Shown piece by piece: positions 60,619 through 64,000 of a DNA stretch of 64,000 nucleotides; position 1 is the first letter of the stretch, and every line of letters starts with the position of its first letter. Location: NCBI RefSeq assembly GCF_009914755.1, contig NC_060931.1; one strand, 5' to 3'. The position numbers and the translations under genes are program-made. Source of the stretch: the human T2T-CHM13v2.0 reference genome, Homo sapiens. Under the pieces are notes generated by a model. It saw nothing but the letters and a program-made list of their open reading frames with translations. It was not told where the DNA came from and ran no database searches.

Positions 60619-63166
60619 CCAAACATTTTATTATGAAAATTTTCAAATGCAAGAAAAGTTTAAAGAATTGTACAGTGATCACCCATGTACTTGCCACCTA
60701 GATTCTAGAATTGTTGACAAATTTGTGCTTTATCAGGTATCTTTCCTTCTATCCAGTCATCAAGCCATCTGATTTTTTATATATTCCAAAATAAGTTGCA
60801 GTCATCAGTGGCCTTCATGCCTAAGCACTTCAGCATGCATATAATTACCTAGAGTTCAATATTTCATTATAATGTAATGCATAAAGTTAGGCATATTATT
60901 CAATGAATTTTGACAAATTGGCACTCCCCTGTAACTCAAACATCTATAAAGATATAGAACATTTCCATCACCCCAGAAAATTCCTCATACTCATCGCAGT
61001 CAATCTCCACCCCTACCCTCAGCAACTTGTCTTGATTTTTTTCCACTACAGATTAGATTTGCTTGCTGTAAAACTCCATATACATTGAATATTACTCTTT
61101 TATGTAATCCTTCTTTTACTCAGCATAATTTTTTTAGATCCATTCATGTTGTTGCATGTATCACAATTATTTTTTATCTTGAGTAATATTCCAATTTATG
61201 AATGTACCATTTTTAAATCCATTCTCCTGTTGATGGACATTTAGGTTATTTTCAGTTTATGAATATTAATAAAACTGCTATGAACATCCTTGTACAAGTC
61301 TTTTTGTGGATTTGTTCCATTTACCTATGGTAAGAAGCTAGGAATGGAATTACTAGATCACAGGGTGGGTGTTTATTTAGTTTTATAAGAAACTTCTAGA
61401 ATGTCTTCCAAAGTGATTGATCCATTTTTACACTCCCCTCAGCAGTGTATGAGAATTCCAGTTGCCCCACATCTTTGCCAAAATTTGGTATTGTCTAGTC
61501 TTTTGAATTTTAGCCATTCTGAGAACGTGTAGTGATATCTCACTGTGTTGTTTTAAAATCCTTGAAGACTAATGATGTTAAGCACTTTTTCATGTGCTTA
61601 TTGCCTGTTCAGAGATCTATTTTTGTGAAGTGTTTGTTCACACATTTTGCCCATTTTTATTATTTCTTTGCCAAGCATGTTTTTACATGTTCTGGGTACA
61701 AGTTTTTGTTAGATATATGTTTTGAAAATATTTTCTCCTATTATATGACTGGCCTCTTTATTATCTTAATAGTATAGTTTGAGGAACAGAAGTTTTTAAC
61801 TTTAAGGCAGGCTAATTTATCAATTTTTTATTTTATGCCTACTATGCACTGTGTCTGTTTAAGAAAACTTCCCTGCCCTCAGATTGTGAATATGTTTTCC
61901 TATGTTCTTTTGTAGCTTTATTGTTTTACCTTTTACATGTGAATCTATAATCTATCTCAAATTAACTTTTTTATATGTTGAAGTTTACTTTTTCCATATA
62001 GATATCCTGTCATTCTAGCACTATTTTTTGAAAAGGCTTTCTTTTCCCATTGAATTATTTTGGCATGTCTGTCAAAACAGTAAATAACCACGTACATGTG
62101 GGTTTATATTTCAGCTCTCTATTTGGTTTCATTGATCAGTTTGTCTATTCTTACGCCATTACCACATTGTCTTGATTAATGTAGCTTGATAATAGGTATT
62201 AAATTCAAGTACTGAAGTCCTTTAACTTTCTTCTTATGACTTTGGATAGTCTAGATACTTTTAATTTTCATATACCTTTAAAAATAAGTTTGTTCATTTT
62301 TATCAGAAAGCCTTTATGGTATTATTATTAGCATTGGATTGAATATATGACTGATAACTATACTAAATCTTCCAATTCAAGAACTTGGAGTGTCGCCCCA
62401 TTTATTTAGTGTTCTTGAATTTCTGTTAGCAATATCTTATAGTTTTTAGTGGAGAGATTTGTACATCTTTTTAAAATTTATTCCTTTTTTCAAGTTCCTT
62501 TTTAATATGTTTGTTTTTTGACACTATTATTAATAAAATTGTTGTTTAATTTTATTTTCCAATTGTTTGCTGCTAATATATAGAAGTGCTGTTGATTTTT
62601 GTTTGTGGATCTTGTATCTTGCCAACTTACTAAATTCACTTATGAATTCTAATAATTGTATTTAGAATTCTTCAGTATTTTCTACTTAAATAATTATGCC
62701 ATTTGTAAATAGAAACAGTTTTCCCCCTTCTTTTCAATCTCTTTGCCTTTTATTTATTTTTCTTGCCTTACTGCACAGACCAGGATCTCCAGAAAAATGT
62801 TGAACATGAGTAATAAGGGTAGACATTCTTTGTTTTCCTAATTATAGGGAGAAAGTATCAATATTTCACCATTGGATATAATGTTAGGTACTCTTTACTA
62901 GGTTAAGTAACTTCCTTTCTATTTCTGTTTTACTAGCATCTGTTTTGAATGGGTGTTGAATTTTGTCAAATGCTTTTTCTGCATCCATTGAGATTATCAT
63001 GTGATATTTCTTTTTTGGTATGTTAATATGATAAATTACACTAATTTTAAATGTTAAGCCTATGTTGCATTCCTGGAAAAAACCCAATATGGTTATAATG
63101 CATTATCTTTTTAATATATTATTTGAATCAATTTGCTAATGTTTTGCTAAGGATTTTTGCATCTAG
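60619..63166 (-). mobile_element. Ancient L1M (L1MC/L1ME-class) 3' region, about 2.5 kb
   Basis: Degenerate ORF2 peptide ([19 protein letters not shown] at 62884-63087) and L1M-type 3' end. Confidence 0.85.
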
Positions 63167-63352
63167 TATATATTATTTTTTAATAAAATTTAAAATCACA
63201 GAGTACCTGGTCTGGCACTTCTGGAGACATTTCAGAAAGTATCTGAATAGATGAGGTTTTAAAATGCTATCAAAATAGATTTGTTCAAACAAAAACACTG
63301 GGAATATCCATGTTCCCCCTTCAGTCAAGCAGCCAAATAGAAAATAGAGATC

Positions 63353-64000
63353 ACCAGTACCATGCTGTTTTGGTTACTGTAACCAGCATGGTACTAGTAC
63401 CAAAACAGAGATATAGACCAATGGAACAGAACAGAGCCCTCAGAAATGATGTCACATATCTACAACTATCTGATCTTTGACAAACCTGACAAAAACAAGC
63501 AATGGGGAAAGGATTCCCTATTTAATAAATGGTGCTGGGAAAACTGGCTAGCCACATGTAGAAAGCTGAAACTGGATCCCTTCCTTACACCTTATACAAA
63601 AATTAATTCAAGATGGATTAAAGACTTAAATGTTAGACCTAAAACCATAAAAACCCTAGAAGAAAACCTAGGCAATACCATTCAGGACATAGGCATGGGC
63701 AGAACTTCATGTCTAAAACATCAAAAGCAATCGCAACAAAAGCCAAAATTGACAAATGGGATCTAATTAAACTAAAGAGCTTCTGCACAGCAAAAGAAAG
63801 TACCATCAGAGTAAACAGGCAACCTACAGAATGGGGTAAAATTTTTGCAACCTACTCATCTGACAAAGGGCTAATATCCAGAATCTACGAAGAACCCAAA
63901 CAAATTTACAAGAAAACAAATAACCCCATCAAAAAGTGTGCAAAGGATATGAACAGACACCTCTCAGAAGAAGACATTTATACAGCCAAAAAACACATGA
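63353..64000 (+). mobile_element. 5'-truncated L1PA (about PA3-5) with a 29-bp 5' micro-inversion; runs off the window
   Basis: ORF2 peptide [32 protein letters not shown]. Inverted L1 piece at 63353-63381. Confidence 0.92.

Overview
This window is human genomic DNA, judged by a consensus-perfect, human-specific AluYb8 and L1PA2/3 elements. It is AT-rich and intronic or intergenic. I cannot recognise a host protein-coding exon, CpG island, tRNA or rRNA, or name the locus. Every long ORF belongs to a broken LINE-1 copy. Mobile elements dominate: a twin-primed inverted L1PA2-like copy (290-2848), an L1-in-L1 nest (23078-24350), and an MLT1A LTR split by MLT2B, a full THE1 provirus and a full-length L1PA3 (34809-44180). 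There are also six Alu-family elements, a MADE1 hairpin, DNA-transposon relics, and MIR, L2 and old L1M fragments. I see no convincing new biological system. The best unexplained signals are: (i) a 157-bp direct duplication that looks like a terminal-exon cassette (28727/34626); (ii) a 92-bp inverted pair of ancient L2 ends that are far too similar for their age (56258/57437); (iii) a near-canonical REST/RE1 site (32610); and (iv) several unusual L1 integration junctions. Identities and counts were made by hand, and subfamily calls come from recalled consensus sequences.
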